From an uncultured bacterium (GTDB lineage: Bacteria; Chloroflexota; UBA5177; JANWHV01), in contig CAVSOU010000008.1 of assembly GCA_963729625.1 (NCBI GenBank), positions 896,001 to 960,000 on the forward strand: a DNA stretch of 64,000 nucleotides, given 5' to 3'. Position numbers and translations under genes: made by a program. Numbering within the stretch: position 1 is the first letter of the stretch; every line of letters begins with the position of its first letter. Positions 51,089 to 60,366 of this stretch are shown piece after piece. A model generated the notes under the pieces. It saw nothing but the letters and a program-made list of their open reading frames with translations. It did no database searches and had not been told where the DNA came from.

Positions 51089-53461
51089 CTACATCGGCGG
51101 CTGCGGGTTGATCACGCGCACCGTGGCTACAGCGCTGCTGACGAGCCGGCCCGAGGCATCGCGGCCCACGGCCTGGATGCGATGCGTGCCCGTCTTCATC
51201 GGCCACATCCACTCGCCGCCGCTTCCGCTCAGAACGGTCACCACGCGGCCGTCAACCAGGATCTCCAGGCTCCCGGGTTTGACCGCCACCGACTGTGCGT
51301 CGACCGGCACGGCCTGGTAGACATGCGGAATGGAGGGGCTCAACTGGTACTGCGACCCGGTGGGTGGCGCGTTCAGTGTCACTACAGGTTGCTGCGGCGC
51401 GCAGCAGAGTGCGCGATGCGGCTGCGTTCCCGCGATAAAGACTTCGTCCTGGCTTTCCTGGCACTTGCTGTCCGGGGGCAGTCCCGTGCCGGGGCAGATG
51501 GATTCGTGCACGATGCCGGGCGGCACGGCGAAATCTCGCGCCGGCACGTGGACGAGCGCGGACTCCATGAAATCGTGCCAGATAGGCGCTGCACCGGCGA
51601 TACCGCTGACATCGCGCATGGGCGTGTTGTCGGCATTCCCAACCCAGACGCCCGCGGCCAGATCGGGCGTGTAGCCAACCGTCCAGTTATCGTGGAAATC
51701 CGTTGTCGTACCGGTCTTGGCGGCGGCCGGCCGGTCGAGCAAGAGCGGGCTGTCCGGACCGAACTCGGGCGTCCGTGCGGTGTTGTCGGAGAGAATGCTG
51801 GTGATCAGGTAGGCGACCTGCGGCGAGACGGCGCGCCGACCGCTGTCCGGCTGCCAGGCATAGAGCACCGTGCCCCGGCTATTGGTCACACGCAGGATCG
51901 CCACGGGATCGTGGTGGACGCCCGCAGCGGCGAAGCTGGCGTAGGCATCGGTCAGGTCGAGCAGCCTCACTTCACCGCCGCCCAGCGTCAGCGCAAGACC
52001 GTAGCGATGCGCGTCGTTCATCGTCGTAATGCCCGCGGCATGCGCGACGTCGAGCATAGCCGCCAGACCTACATGGTTCAGTACTTTGACCGCCGGCACG
52101 TTGTAGGAATTGGCCAGTGCCGTGCGCAACGTGACCAAGCCGTGGAACTGCAGGTCATAGTTCTGGGGCTCGAACGGTATGCCCTCCCTGGTGGGAAACG
52201 CACTTGGCACATCGTTCACGAGCGTAGCCGGCGTCATCGGCAGCACGCTCCGTGACGATGCCGGGCGGGAGAACGCGGCCGCATAGGTGAAGGGTTTGAT
52301 GGCCGAGCCGGGTTGCCGCGGGGCAAGCGCGACGTTGACCGCGCCGTCGATGCGGCTGTCGGCGTAGTCGGCGCTGCCGACCATGGCCAGAATCTGGCCC
52401 GTATGGGGGTCTATTGCCACCAACGCGCCATCGTTGACATCGTGATCCTTCTGCAGCAGCTGCACGTGCAGCTGTACCGCTGCCTCGGCTTGTCGCTGCA
52501 GGTTCAAGTCAAGGCTCGTGGTGACCTGCAGTCCTCCCTGCTCAAGGGCGTCGTGGCCGTACTGCTGCTCGAGCAGCGAAACCACGTAGTAGACGAAGTG
52601 CGGGGCGAGGGGGCCGTGACCGGCTATCGCCAGTCCGAGTGGCTCCGCGCCCGCCAGCTGCTGCTGACCGGTCGTGATATACCCGTCCTTGCGCATGAGC
52701 CGCAGCACATCTGCTCGGCGTGCGCGAGCCGCCTCGGGCGAAGTGAGCGGGTTGTAGAGGGTGGGCGAGCGCGGGATACCGGCGAGCAGCGCGCACTGCG
52801 CCAGGTCGAGAATCGAAACCGGCTTCCCGAAATATGCCTCCGCGGCGGCCTCGGCGCCGTACGCAAGGTTCCCGTAGTAGACGTTATTGAGGTAGAGCGC
52901 CAACACGTCATTCTTCGACATGCGCGAGGACAGCTGCAACGCGAGCGCCACCTCGTGCAGTTTCCTGCTCAGTGTCCGCTGGTAGCGTTCGTTCGCAGGC
53001 AGCAGGATGGTGCGCACGAGTTGTTGCGTGATCGTGCTTCCTCCGAATGCCGGGCTCTCCAGGCGCGCGTCGAGAAACAGGGAACGCGCCATGGCGCCCA
53101 AGTCGATGCCAGGGTTGCTGTAGAAGGAAGCGTCCTCGGCCGCTATGGTTCCCTCTCGCAGAGCGACTGGGATACTGGTCAAAGGGACGGTCATGCGACG
53201 GCCGCCAGGCCCGATGATCTCGTAGAGCAGGTTGCCGTGGCGATCCAGGATACGGGTGCTGGGGGCCGGCACAAACGCGTTCAGATTGCCGGGCAGGGGA
53301 TAGATGCAGAAGAGTGCGATCACGCCGGCGACCAGCATCAGGAGGACGGCAGCCACGCAGACGCACATCCACCGAAGCAGTCGCCAGAGCCGGCGTCGCT
53401 GTCTCGGCTTGCCAGCGGTATCGGGCTGGCCCGGCCCTGTAGGTGCGGACGGAGGAGTCAT
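51089..53461 (-). CDS. pbpC: Penicillin-binding protein 1C-like (transglycosylase, transpeptidase, C-terminal beta domain)
   Basis: AAEDASFY, GGSTITQQL, RKLHE, YLNNVYYG, RQPGSAIKPF, SYNVPAV, KTGTT; directly upstream of the alpha-2-macroglobulin gene. Start uncertain. Confidence 0.88.
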   Translation of the reverse strand: MTPPSAPTGPGQPDTAGKPRQRRRLWRLLRWMCVCVAAVLLMLVAGVIALFCIYPLPGNLNAFVPAPSTRILDRHGNLLYEIIGPGGRRMTVPLTSIPVALREGTIAAEDASFYSNPGIDLGAMARSLFLDARLESPAFGGSTITQQLVRTILLPANERYQRTLSRKLHEVALALQLSSRMSKNDVLALYLNNVYYGNLAYGAEAAAEAYFGKPVSILDLAQCALLAGIPRSPTLYNPLTSPEAARARRADVLRLMRKDGYITTGQQQLAGAEPLGLAIAGHGPLAPHFVYYVVSLLEQQYGHDALEQGGLQVTTSLDLNLQRQAEAAVQLHVQLLQKDHDVNDGALVAIDPHTGQILAMVGSADYADSRIDGAVNVALAPRQPGSAIKPFTYAAAFSRPASSRSVLPMTPATLVNDVPSAFPTREGIPFEPQNYDLQFHGLVTLRTALANSYNVPAVKVLNHVGLAAMLDVAHAAGITTMNDAHRYGLALTLGGGEVRLLDLTDAYASFAAAGVHHDPVAILRVTNSRGTVLYAWQPDSGRRAVSPQVAYLITSILSDNTARTPEFGPDSPLLLDRPAAAKTGTTTDFHDNWTVGYTPDLAAGVWVGNADNTPMRDVSGIAGAAPIWHDFMESALVHVPARDFAVPPGIVHESICPGTGLPPDSKCQESQDEVFIAGTQPHRALCCAPQQPVVTLNAPPTGSQYQLSPSIPHVYQAVPVDAQSVAVKPGSLEILVDGRVVTVLSGSGGEWMWPMKTGTHRIQAVGRDASGRLVSSAVATVRVINPQPPM

Positions 53462-53683
53462 CGGTGTCGCGCCAATTGCTGTCGATCGACTGCCCCTTCT
53501 CCGGTTGGGACGGATTGATGTGCACTCTCCGCACATGTGCCGTACGTGCACGGCGCGGTCCCTGCCCTCCGCGTGATCGCCGCAGTATACCGCCGGCGAC
53601 GTGCCGCAGTTTTCGACGGGCACCTTTGGTCCTTCCTCCGGCGAATCGCCGCTCCTCGGCTTCGGGAGACCCTACGCGAACGC

Positions 53684-53715
53684 AGCATAACACGATGCCA
53701 TTAGGTGACCATTAG
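53684..53715 (-). promoter_or_regulatory. Direct-repeat promoter element, copy 6
   Basis: Minus strand CTAATGG-TCAC-CTAATGG-CATCGTGT-TATGCT. Confidence 0.82.
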
Positions 53716-54059
53716 GCGGCTACGCCACATATAGGCCGCCATCTGCGGTCGCTACCGGACGCACGCACGCTCGTCTGATTCCGCCTGTTCGTGGGGCGTG
53801 AGCTGTTCACGCAGGTCACACCCACCGGTGACGGCCTCTGCGGCACCTCAGACCATAGGCACAGTCGAGCTGGTCGAGCAAATACGATCTGCATCATGAC
53901 AAGCGTGGCCAGCCGACGACGCGCTCGGCGTGCAACCCGGAGCGTCGGTGCGGTGACTCCGTACCAACGGCGGTTGCGGGGCACGGAGCACTGCGGCGAT
54001 CGGCCATCAGCGCCTTGAGATATCTCGGAGTCGGCGCGCGCGGTCCGGTATGCTGGTGG

Positions 54060-54799
54060 CTACCCCCACACCGGCCCGTGAGGCGTGATTCCGGTCGCCT
54101 GGGCGCTCGCTCGGTCGCCGCTCTTACCGACGACTACCACCATGACCGCGTACTTGTTGGAGGATGCTTGGATATCGAACGTGAGCGTCGGACGCTCGAA
54201 CGCGCCAGCACTGTCGGTTGTCCCTTGCCGGCGATAGACGTTCGTCTGCGTCACCCCAGTCGTGTCTGGAGCGATTACGGTGTACGCCACGGTGATGCCT
54301 TCCATGGGTACGAAGCCCTTGCCAGACAGCTGGCAGGCGATCTCACTCGCGCTACTATGCGCGCAGGCAAAGAACAGCCGTGGGCGTGCCGAGGGTATGC
54401 TGGCACTGGCAAAGTCGCCGTCGTCCCCGGCCACCGTGGCGGTAATGCGGTAGCCCGGATAGGAAGCGTCGAGCATGAAGTAGAATGCGGGCCGCAGGAA
54501 GCTGCCCTGCGTGTCGACCACACCGCGGCGCTGATAGGTGGGTCTTCTGCGCGCTCGGTCCACCAACACCCACGGTGACGATGTACGTGATCGAGATCCC
54601 TTCTGCGGCGACGAACCCGCTCCCCGAGATCTGGCAGGCAGCCGACGTGCCAGCCCGAGACGGCGCACGCGAGGGTGACATGCGGGCCGGCTGCCGCGGC
54701 GCCGGCAACGCCAATAAGGGATGGCAGTAGTACAACCGCGGAGAGCGCCGCGCATACCTGGAGCGCGAGCCTGCGTGCCGCACAACGCGATTTGACCAT
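54060..54799 (-). pseudogene. Secreted protein with two tandem Ig-like repeats, split by two frameshifts (possibly sequencing errors)
   Basis: GGAGG RBS, signal MVKSRC...GAAAAGP; ACQISGSGFVAAEGISITY and ACQLSGKGFVPMEGITVAY repeats distributed over three frames. Confidence 0.72.
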
Positions 54800-55172
54800 A
54801 GCGCACCTCCATGTACCTGGACCTGACAGGGTGAAGACGGACCTTCGACTTGCCTTACATGCAACCTCCAGCTTCGGCATGATGGCGGCGTGCGGGAGCC
54901 GGCTCCGGCCGGGTGTAGCGGCTTGCGTTCCATCCGCCAGCATGACCGAGCCGTGGCGAGGCCATTCGGGATTGCAGTCGTATGGAAGAGACGAGGCCCC
55001 CCGCGGCCGAATGGGTGGGCGGATGACTCCGCCGCATCGTCGCCGGCATGCCCCGCGAATCATCGCGCGTCGGCTCGGGGTTCCGCCGCAGCGGGTCGGC
55101 GCCAAGCGCGGGACCTATCCTGCCGCTGCGGGATCCGATGCCTGCCGGGCCGTGAGCCGGGCTGGCGCGTGC

Positions 55173-55856
55173 TCACGGCGAGCCGCCCACGTGCCAGGCG
55201 CCGGCAAGGACCGCGACCGCCCCTGCCACGGCTACCAGCCAGAGCCCCGCGCCCGTGCTCACCGACACGTAGCTCGCCAGCCAGCTAAAGCCCGAGCTCT
55301 TGAGCGCCATGGCCGTGGCGTTGACCGCAGCGATGTCGCGTGCCGAGACCGCCAGCAGCCCTGCCCCGAGCACGATCTCGGCCATTCCCAGCCCCACCCT
55401 GCCCTCCTTCCGGCGAGTCCAGGCGAGCAACGGGACCAAAACGAGGGCGCAGCCGAGCATCACCGCATACCAGCCGTCGAGCACCTGCGGGTCGAATCCA
55501 CTCCACGACACCGACGTGGTGGATGTATAGCTGTTGCCGGTGGAATCCTGAGTGTAACTGTTCTTCGCCGCGGTAATCCACGGCGTGAACGCCGCGATCG
55601 CGGCCGTGGCACCGGCCGCCAGGGCGAGCCAGCTTGCCACGGACGCCAGATCGGACCCGGGCACCTCCTCAGTCTGGCCGGGCACGCGGGGCAGCTCGCT
55701 CCTCACCGTCGGCTCCTGGATCTGCCGCCCGTCGGCACGAGGAATATCGACCGTCGTCGTCGCGCCGAGTGGATAGCCGCATGCCCAGCATCGCTGGCGA
55801 TCGCTCCTGTTCAGGTTCGGCGTGCTACAGCGCGGACAGCGCACCTCTTCGTCCAT
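55173..55856 (-). CDS. Zinc-ribbon plus four-TM membrane protein
   Basis: CPRC...CWACG, then AAFTPWITA...SWSGFD.QVLDGW; GGAGG RBS. Confidence 0.85.
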   Translation of the reverse strand: MDEEVRCPRCSTPNLNRSDRQRCWACGYPLGATTTVDIPRADGRQIQEPTVRSELPRVPGQTEEVPGSDLASVASWLALAAGATAAIAAFTPWITAAKNSYTQDSTGNSYTSTTSVSWSGFDPQVLDGWYAVMLGCALVLVPLLAWTRRKEGRVGLGMAEIVLGAGLLAVSARDIAAVNATAMALKSSGFSWLASYVSVSTGAGLWLVAVAGAVAVLAGAWHVGGSP

Positions 55857-55895
55857 AGCAGCCTCCATAGAGCCCGGCGTCAGCCTGCTCTTCTC

Positions 55896-56330
55896 CTACG
55901 ACCAACCCTGCCGGTTCATATTCTCGGCCGATTTGTAGGCGTCCACGATGTTCCAGATCCAGAGGATCGGCGTGGTGATGAAGCCGATAACGGCGAGAAT
56001 CAGGATGCAGGAGATCACGCTGAACACGAAGAACAGGATCGCTTTGCCGAATTGCCCGTTGTAGATCTGGCCGAGCCCGGGGATGAAGAATGAGAGCACC
56101 GCTGCCAACCCGGCGCTCTTCTCGTTCCGGACGTAGACCGTTTGGGGCTGGCTCATCGGGGGCGCATAGTACATCGGCGGCGGCGGCGCGCCCCACGATG
56201 GCGCCGGACTCCCCTGCACCGCGTTGGCTGCGACCGCGATCGGCGCGCCGCACTTCTGGCAGAACCTCGCGTCAGCCTGCAGCCTGACGCCGCATTTAGC
56301 GCAGAATTCCGCGCGCGAGTCCTCGTACAC
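55896..56330 (-). CDS. Zinc-ribbon plus TM2-like membrane protein
   Basis: FCAKCG...FCQKCG, Pro-rich linker, KSAGLAAVLSFFIPGLGQIYNGQFGKAI...WNIVDAY. Confidence 0.9.
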   Translation of the reverse strand: MYEDSRAEFCAKCGVRLQADARFCQKCGAPIAVAANAVQGSPAPSWGAPPPPMYYAPPMSQPQTVYVRNEKSAGLAAVLSFFIPGLGQIYNGQFGKAILFFVFSVISCILILAVIGFITTPILWIWNIVDAYKSAENMNRQGWS

Positions 56331-56421
56331 TGTCGATCTCCTTCCGCCACAGATCTCAGATCCCGGGCCACCGCGTCGCGGCTCCGTTCTGCCGTGCCTG
56401 AAGTGCCCGCTACCGGCACAC

Positions 56422-56453
56422 AGCATAGCAGCCAAGCATTAGGCGGGCATTAG
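56422..56453 (-). promoter_or_regulatory. Direct-repeat promoter element, copy 7
   Basis: Minus strand CTAATGC-CCGC-CTAATGC-TTGGCTGC-TATGCT. Confidence 0.82.
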
Positions 56454-56720
56454 GCGGCGAGCCGCTCGCGGCGGGCGTTGCTTCCATGATCCGGAACGGG
56501 ATGCTGTGCCTCACCACTCCGCAGCGATATCAGCAGGCACGACCGCGGCGACGCTGGTGGCGGGTGTACGGCAGCGCGACGCGATGCGGCCGGGTGCGCC
56601 GGCCACTGGAGATCGCTAGCAGGCATGGCGCGGGCCCCAGAGCGCCGCGCTACTCCGTGGTGCACACAGCAGCCGCGCTACCGGCCTCGGCGCGTGGGGA
56701 CGGTTGAAGCGCGAGACTCT

Positions 56721-57179
56721 TCACGGGGCCGACTTCGACGCCCATGGGGCGCCGGCGGAGGGAGGAATAACGACCTCAAGATCGGGGAGCATGCGCCCAA
56801 GATCCAGCGCGTCGAAGGTCAGCAGGAGGTCGACGCGCAGTTGGGCGTGGGCGCCGATGAGGAAGTCTGCCAGGATACACCGGGGCCAGCCTACCCCGCT
56901 CGCCTGGCGGCGACCCGCATAGCTGCGATAGGATGCCGCCGCAAAGAGCCAGACGTCGCGCGCGAGATCCACCTCCACACCGATCTCGGCGGCTAGGAAG
57001 CGATCGAGCGAGGCCACCTGCATACCCGGCGCGTCCGCGAGCTCCGCGTAAACGGGACCGCTAACCACCAAGCCTACCGAGCCGATGAAACGATCCAGAA
57101 AGGGAACGAGAACCGACGCGCTCGCGCCGTCGCCACGCAGGACCGGCAGGAGCACGTTCGTATCCACGGCAGCAGACAT
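56721..57179 (-). CDS. vapC: PIN-domain (VapC-type) toxin
   Basis: AVDTNVL, VYAEL, ADFLIGAHA, LLTFD. Confidence 0.88.
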   Translation of the reverse strand: MSAAVDTNVLLPVLRGDGASASVLVPFLDRFIGSVGLVVSGPVYAELADAPGMQVASLDRFLAAEIGVEVDLARDVWLFAAASYRSYAGRRQASGVGWPRCILADFLIGAHAQLRVDLLLTFDALDLGRMLPDLEVVIPPSAGAPWASKSAP

Positions 57180-57201
57180 ACGTGTCTATGCCCCCGGCAC
57201 G

Positions 57202-57477
57202 TCAGGGCACGTCATCGCCGGAGCGGATCGCACGCAGGAACGCCGCGTCGTCCGCGGGACCCGTGCCGGCCGGGTGCGGGGCGATCCCGACCACCGTGCG
57301 GAGAGAGGGCCCGGCCGCCGTGCGCCCAGCAGGCAGGACCAGAAGCGAGCCGCGCGTCGTGCGCGCGAACGCGACGCGATCTCCGGGCTGGATGCCGGCC
57401 GCGCGCAGCGTCTCGGCGGGAATCACCACCCCCCGCTCGGACACGGTCACTTCCGGCAGGTTGCTCGCTTGCTGCAT
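57202..57477 (-). CDS. AbrB/MazE/SpoVT-type antitoxin
   Basis: VTVSERGVVIPAETLRAAGIQPGDRVAF; directly upstream of the PIN toxin. Confidence 0.82.
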   Translation of the reverse strand: MQQASNLPEVTVSERGVVIPAETLRAAGIQPGDRVAFARTTRGSLLVLPAGRTAAGPSLRTVVGIAPHPAGTGPADDAAFLRAIRSGDDVP

Positions 57478-57692
57478 CGGCACCCTCTGGACGCGCCCCT
57501 CGGTCCCGGGCGGCGGACACCGACCTGCTGTCAATCCTGCAGCACCGCTGCTCCACGACGGCGTGCGCCTCGCTCGCCTCGAGTATAGCCCAGACAACCA
57601 CTGCAAGATACTATTGCTTATCCTGCACGCATGTGAGGCGTACAGCATAGTGATGCGGCACGCTGTGGTCGAGCTTGCCCCTGCGCCGTCGC

Positions 57693-57724
57693 CTAACGCC
57701 GGCCTAATGGCACGGTGCTATAGT
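57693..57724 (+). promoter_or_regulatory. Direct-repeat promoter element, copy 8
   Basis: CTAACGC-CGGC-CTAATGG-CACGGTGC-TATAGT. Confidence 0.82.
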
Positions 57725-57823
57725 GCGCGTGGGGCCACGCCACTCGCCGGTTGCCCCGTGCCAGGCATCGCACCTTGCCGCCCGTTGGACGGCGGCAGAC
57801 GATAGACGGAACAGGAGGCCGCA

Positions 57824-58790
57824 ATGTCTCGAGCCGTGTCAACCTGTCTCTTCATCGCGCTTCTCACGCTCATGGCTCCGTGCTCCCGGGCCGAGGCTGG
57901 CCCGTCAGGGGCGAGCATCGCGGGCGTGCGCGTTTGCACTGCCGGCCATTACGATCACGCTGCATTCTTCTGCAGTCTCTCCGACACCGCGATAAGCGTC
58001 GATGCGTACCCGGCGGCGCGCCTCTCTATCTCGGGGCTGGCCGGGGGCACATTCACGAGCAATACGCTCACGCTTCATGCTGGAGCAGCGCACGGCGGAC
58101 GGGTTCGCAGAGTTGGGGCGGTTGAGCCTGGACGTCGGCCTCGCCGACACCGTCACCACGCTGCAACTGCGCACCGCGTTTACGCGGCTCGGCGTGCAGC
58201 CGCTCGTCGGCACCACGTATCGCGTCGAGGCAGACGAGACGAACGGCAGCCAGCAGCTCCTGCTTGGGGTGGCAGTCTTCGCCCTGCGCGCGGCCGCGCC
58301 GGCCGTCGTCACGTCGGGCGGAACGCAGGCGCTTGTGATCATCAAGCAGTACGGCGCCGCTCTCCGCTCCTATCCATCCAGCGACGCGCCAATCCAGACG
58401 ACGCTCTCCTGCGGCGCCAGGGTGGCGTCATTCGACCTGCAGAACGGCTGGTACCACGTGAGGACCGCCGCCGGTTCCGTGGGCTGGGTGGGCGGCGCGC
58501 GTGCCGCACCGGTCGCCGGCGCCCCGACCTACAACTGCAGCAACGCGATCACCTATCAGGTCGGCACGCGCGTGGTGACGCATGTGGCCAGCGGCTGTCT
58601 GAGCCTGCGGGCCACCCCGTCGCGCCAGGCGACCTACGCCCACTGCGTGCCAAACGGGCACGTCTACGTGATCATCAATGGGCCGATCAGCGTGGCCGGC
58701 GAGGACTGGTTCGGCGTGTTCAGCTCGTCGACCGGAAGCGGGTGGTCCCTGGCGAACTACCTTCTTCTTTACGACACATCCGGTGAGTGA
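57824..58790 (+). CDS. Secreted protein with two C-terminal bacterial SH3 domains; frameshift near 58075
   Basis: AGGAGG RBS and signal peptide in the first frame; ALRSYPSSDAP...NGWYHVR...GWV and LSLRATPS...DWFGV...GWSLANYL in the second. Confidence 0.8.
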
Positions 58791-58926
58791 GTAGGTAACG
58801 GCCTTCCGCGGGAACGGGAAGCGCGGGAATGGCGATGACCCGCAAGCCCCCGGCGCGCGGTCGGTCCGGCACGTACGTGACCGCCCGTGGCATTCGACAT
58901 ATGTCGCGGCATAAGGCATCAATTCG

Positions 58927-59021
58927 GCAGGAAGCAGGAAGCAGGAAGCAGGAAGCAGGAAGCAGGAAGCAGGAAGCAGGAAGCAGGAAGCAGGAAGCAG
59001 GAAGCAGGGAGCAGGGAGCAG
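58927..59021 (+). repeat. Heptamer tandem repeat (GCAGGAA)11(GCAGGGA)2GCAG
   Basis: Counted directly; intergenic between convergent genes. Confidence 0.95.
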
Positions 59022-59089
59022 CTCTGGATCGCCCAAAACCCTTAGTGGCAGGCATGGGAACCGGCTGATTGGAGGTGGAATAGGCCGAG

Positions 59090-59408
59090 TCGAGCCACCA
59101 TGCGCCCGCTCTTGCGCCTGTCGCCGCAACCACTCGGGAATGGTAGTCCTCATGCGCTTGGAAGCTTGCTGCCGCAGTTGACGCTGTGCTTCCAGCTTGA
59201 CGAGCTCCATGAGGTCTTCGATAGCCGCGTAGCTCTCGAGTTCATTGCGCTCATCGTCGGTCAGGGTGCCGTCGCGCTCGCCGGCGATCAACGCGTACGC
59301 GCGATCAGCCACGTCCGCGGACGGACGGAAAGCGATGAGTTGCTCAGGCGCTGGATGCTGTGCCAGGAATCGGGCGATCTCCAGCGCGGCCTGTGTCCTC
59401 AGCAGCAA
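59090..59408 (-). pseudogene. Small antitoxin-like protein running into a truncated HNH nuclease start
   Basis: EIARFLAQHPAPEQLIAFRPS...GTLTDDERNELESY, then MRTTIPEWLRRQAQERA, which breaks off before the expected CxxC. Confidence 0.6.
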
Positions 59409-59576
59409 CGTCGCAATCCCCTCTGTGACTGAACCGTTCTCATGGCACCACGCATGACCTGGGTGACGAAGGCCAAGAGTCCTCTGGGAAGGACGTGCGC
59501 CGGCATCAGCCCGGCGTTGGTCGGCTCCCACTTCAATGCCATTCGTGGCTAATCACAGCTACCACCCAAGCAGGCG

Positions 59577-60200
59577 TCAGCGCGCCGGAGCTGCAATGCC
59601 GTACACCTCTCGCACCCGGTTGTTGCGCGCGCTGTCGTGGGACCACGCGAGCGTTAGCATACCGAGCGCCACGTCGGAAACTATCTTATGGACCCTATCG
59701 GTGTGCCTATCCCAGATCCACAGGTTCGCAGTGTCGCTGCTCGTCATCCCGTTTGAGAATGCCAGGAAGCGGCCGTTCGGCGACCAGGCATTGTAGCCCG
59801 ACCTAGGGGCGTCCCCAAGAGGAGGGTAGTAGGGGCTGGATGACCACGCCCCAGCCAGTATCCGAATCGCGCCGCTCAGGACGTTGATGACCGCAAGCTG
59901 TACGTGGGCGGCCTCGATGGCGATCATCGATCCATCCGGAGACCACTGCAGCGCCTGCACACGCCACGGCGTCCGGAGCGCGCGTGCTCGTCCGCCATCA
60001 ATGGACTTGACGTACAGTTTCCCGCCCGTCACGTATGCCAGCAACTGACCAGTTGAAGTTGCCTGCGCTCGAAATTCAGCGCGGGCGATGCCGGCGCCGC
60101 CCATATTGCTCCGGCTCGAGGCTTGGCAAGGCGAGGTATTGACCGCAAGGGCCAACAGCATCGTCACCCACCACCGTGACGACATGCTACACATTTCCAT
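59577..60200 (-). CDS. Secreted TolB-like (PD40/WD40) propeller protein, probably truncated
   Basis: Signal peptide; LQWSPDGSMIA, AWSPNGRFLAF, AWSHDS; only about three blades before the stop. Confidence 0.75.
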   Translation of the reverse strand: MEMCSMSSRWWVTMLLALAVNTSPCQASSRSNMGGAGIARAEFRAQATSTGQLLAYVTGGKLYVKSIDGGRARALRTPWRVQALQWSPDGSMIAIEAAHVQLAVINVLSGAIRILAGAWSSSPYYPPLGDAPRSGYNAWSPNGRFLAFSNGMTSSDTANLWIWDRHTDRVHKIVSDVALGMLTLAWSHDSARNNRVREVYGIAAPAR

Positions 60201-60277
60201 CACTCCTCAACATCCGCCCGGGCGTCGACACCGCAGCGACCTGCCCGCACTCTGCGTCGTGTACGTCACCGCCGCAC

Positions 60278-60309
60278 AGCATAGCAGCACGCCATTAGGC
60301 CGGCATTAG
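60278..60309 (-). promoter_or_regulatory. Direct-repeat promoter element, copy 9
   Basis: Minus strand CTAATGC-CGGC-CTAATGG-CGTGCTGC-TATGCT. Confidence 0.82.
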
Positions 60310-60366
60310 GCGGCGCACCCTGCCGCTCCCGCCGACCCCGGCGCACACCCGCCGGATACTTCGCCC

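Noticed and set aside
50630-53518. Long plus-strand ORFs (541 and 401 aa) and similar antisense ORFs elsewhere
   Set aside because: Shadow ORFs opposite well-supported genes in GC-rich DNA.
58428-59531. 367-aa ORF with LLPASCF repeats, and the QEAGSRK ORF on the other strand
   Set aside because: These are translations through the heptamer VNTR; only the 59090-59408 part looks like real coding sequence.
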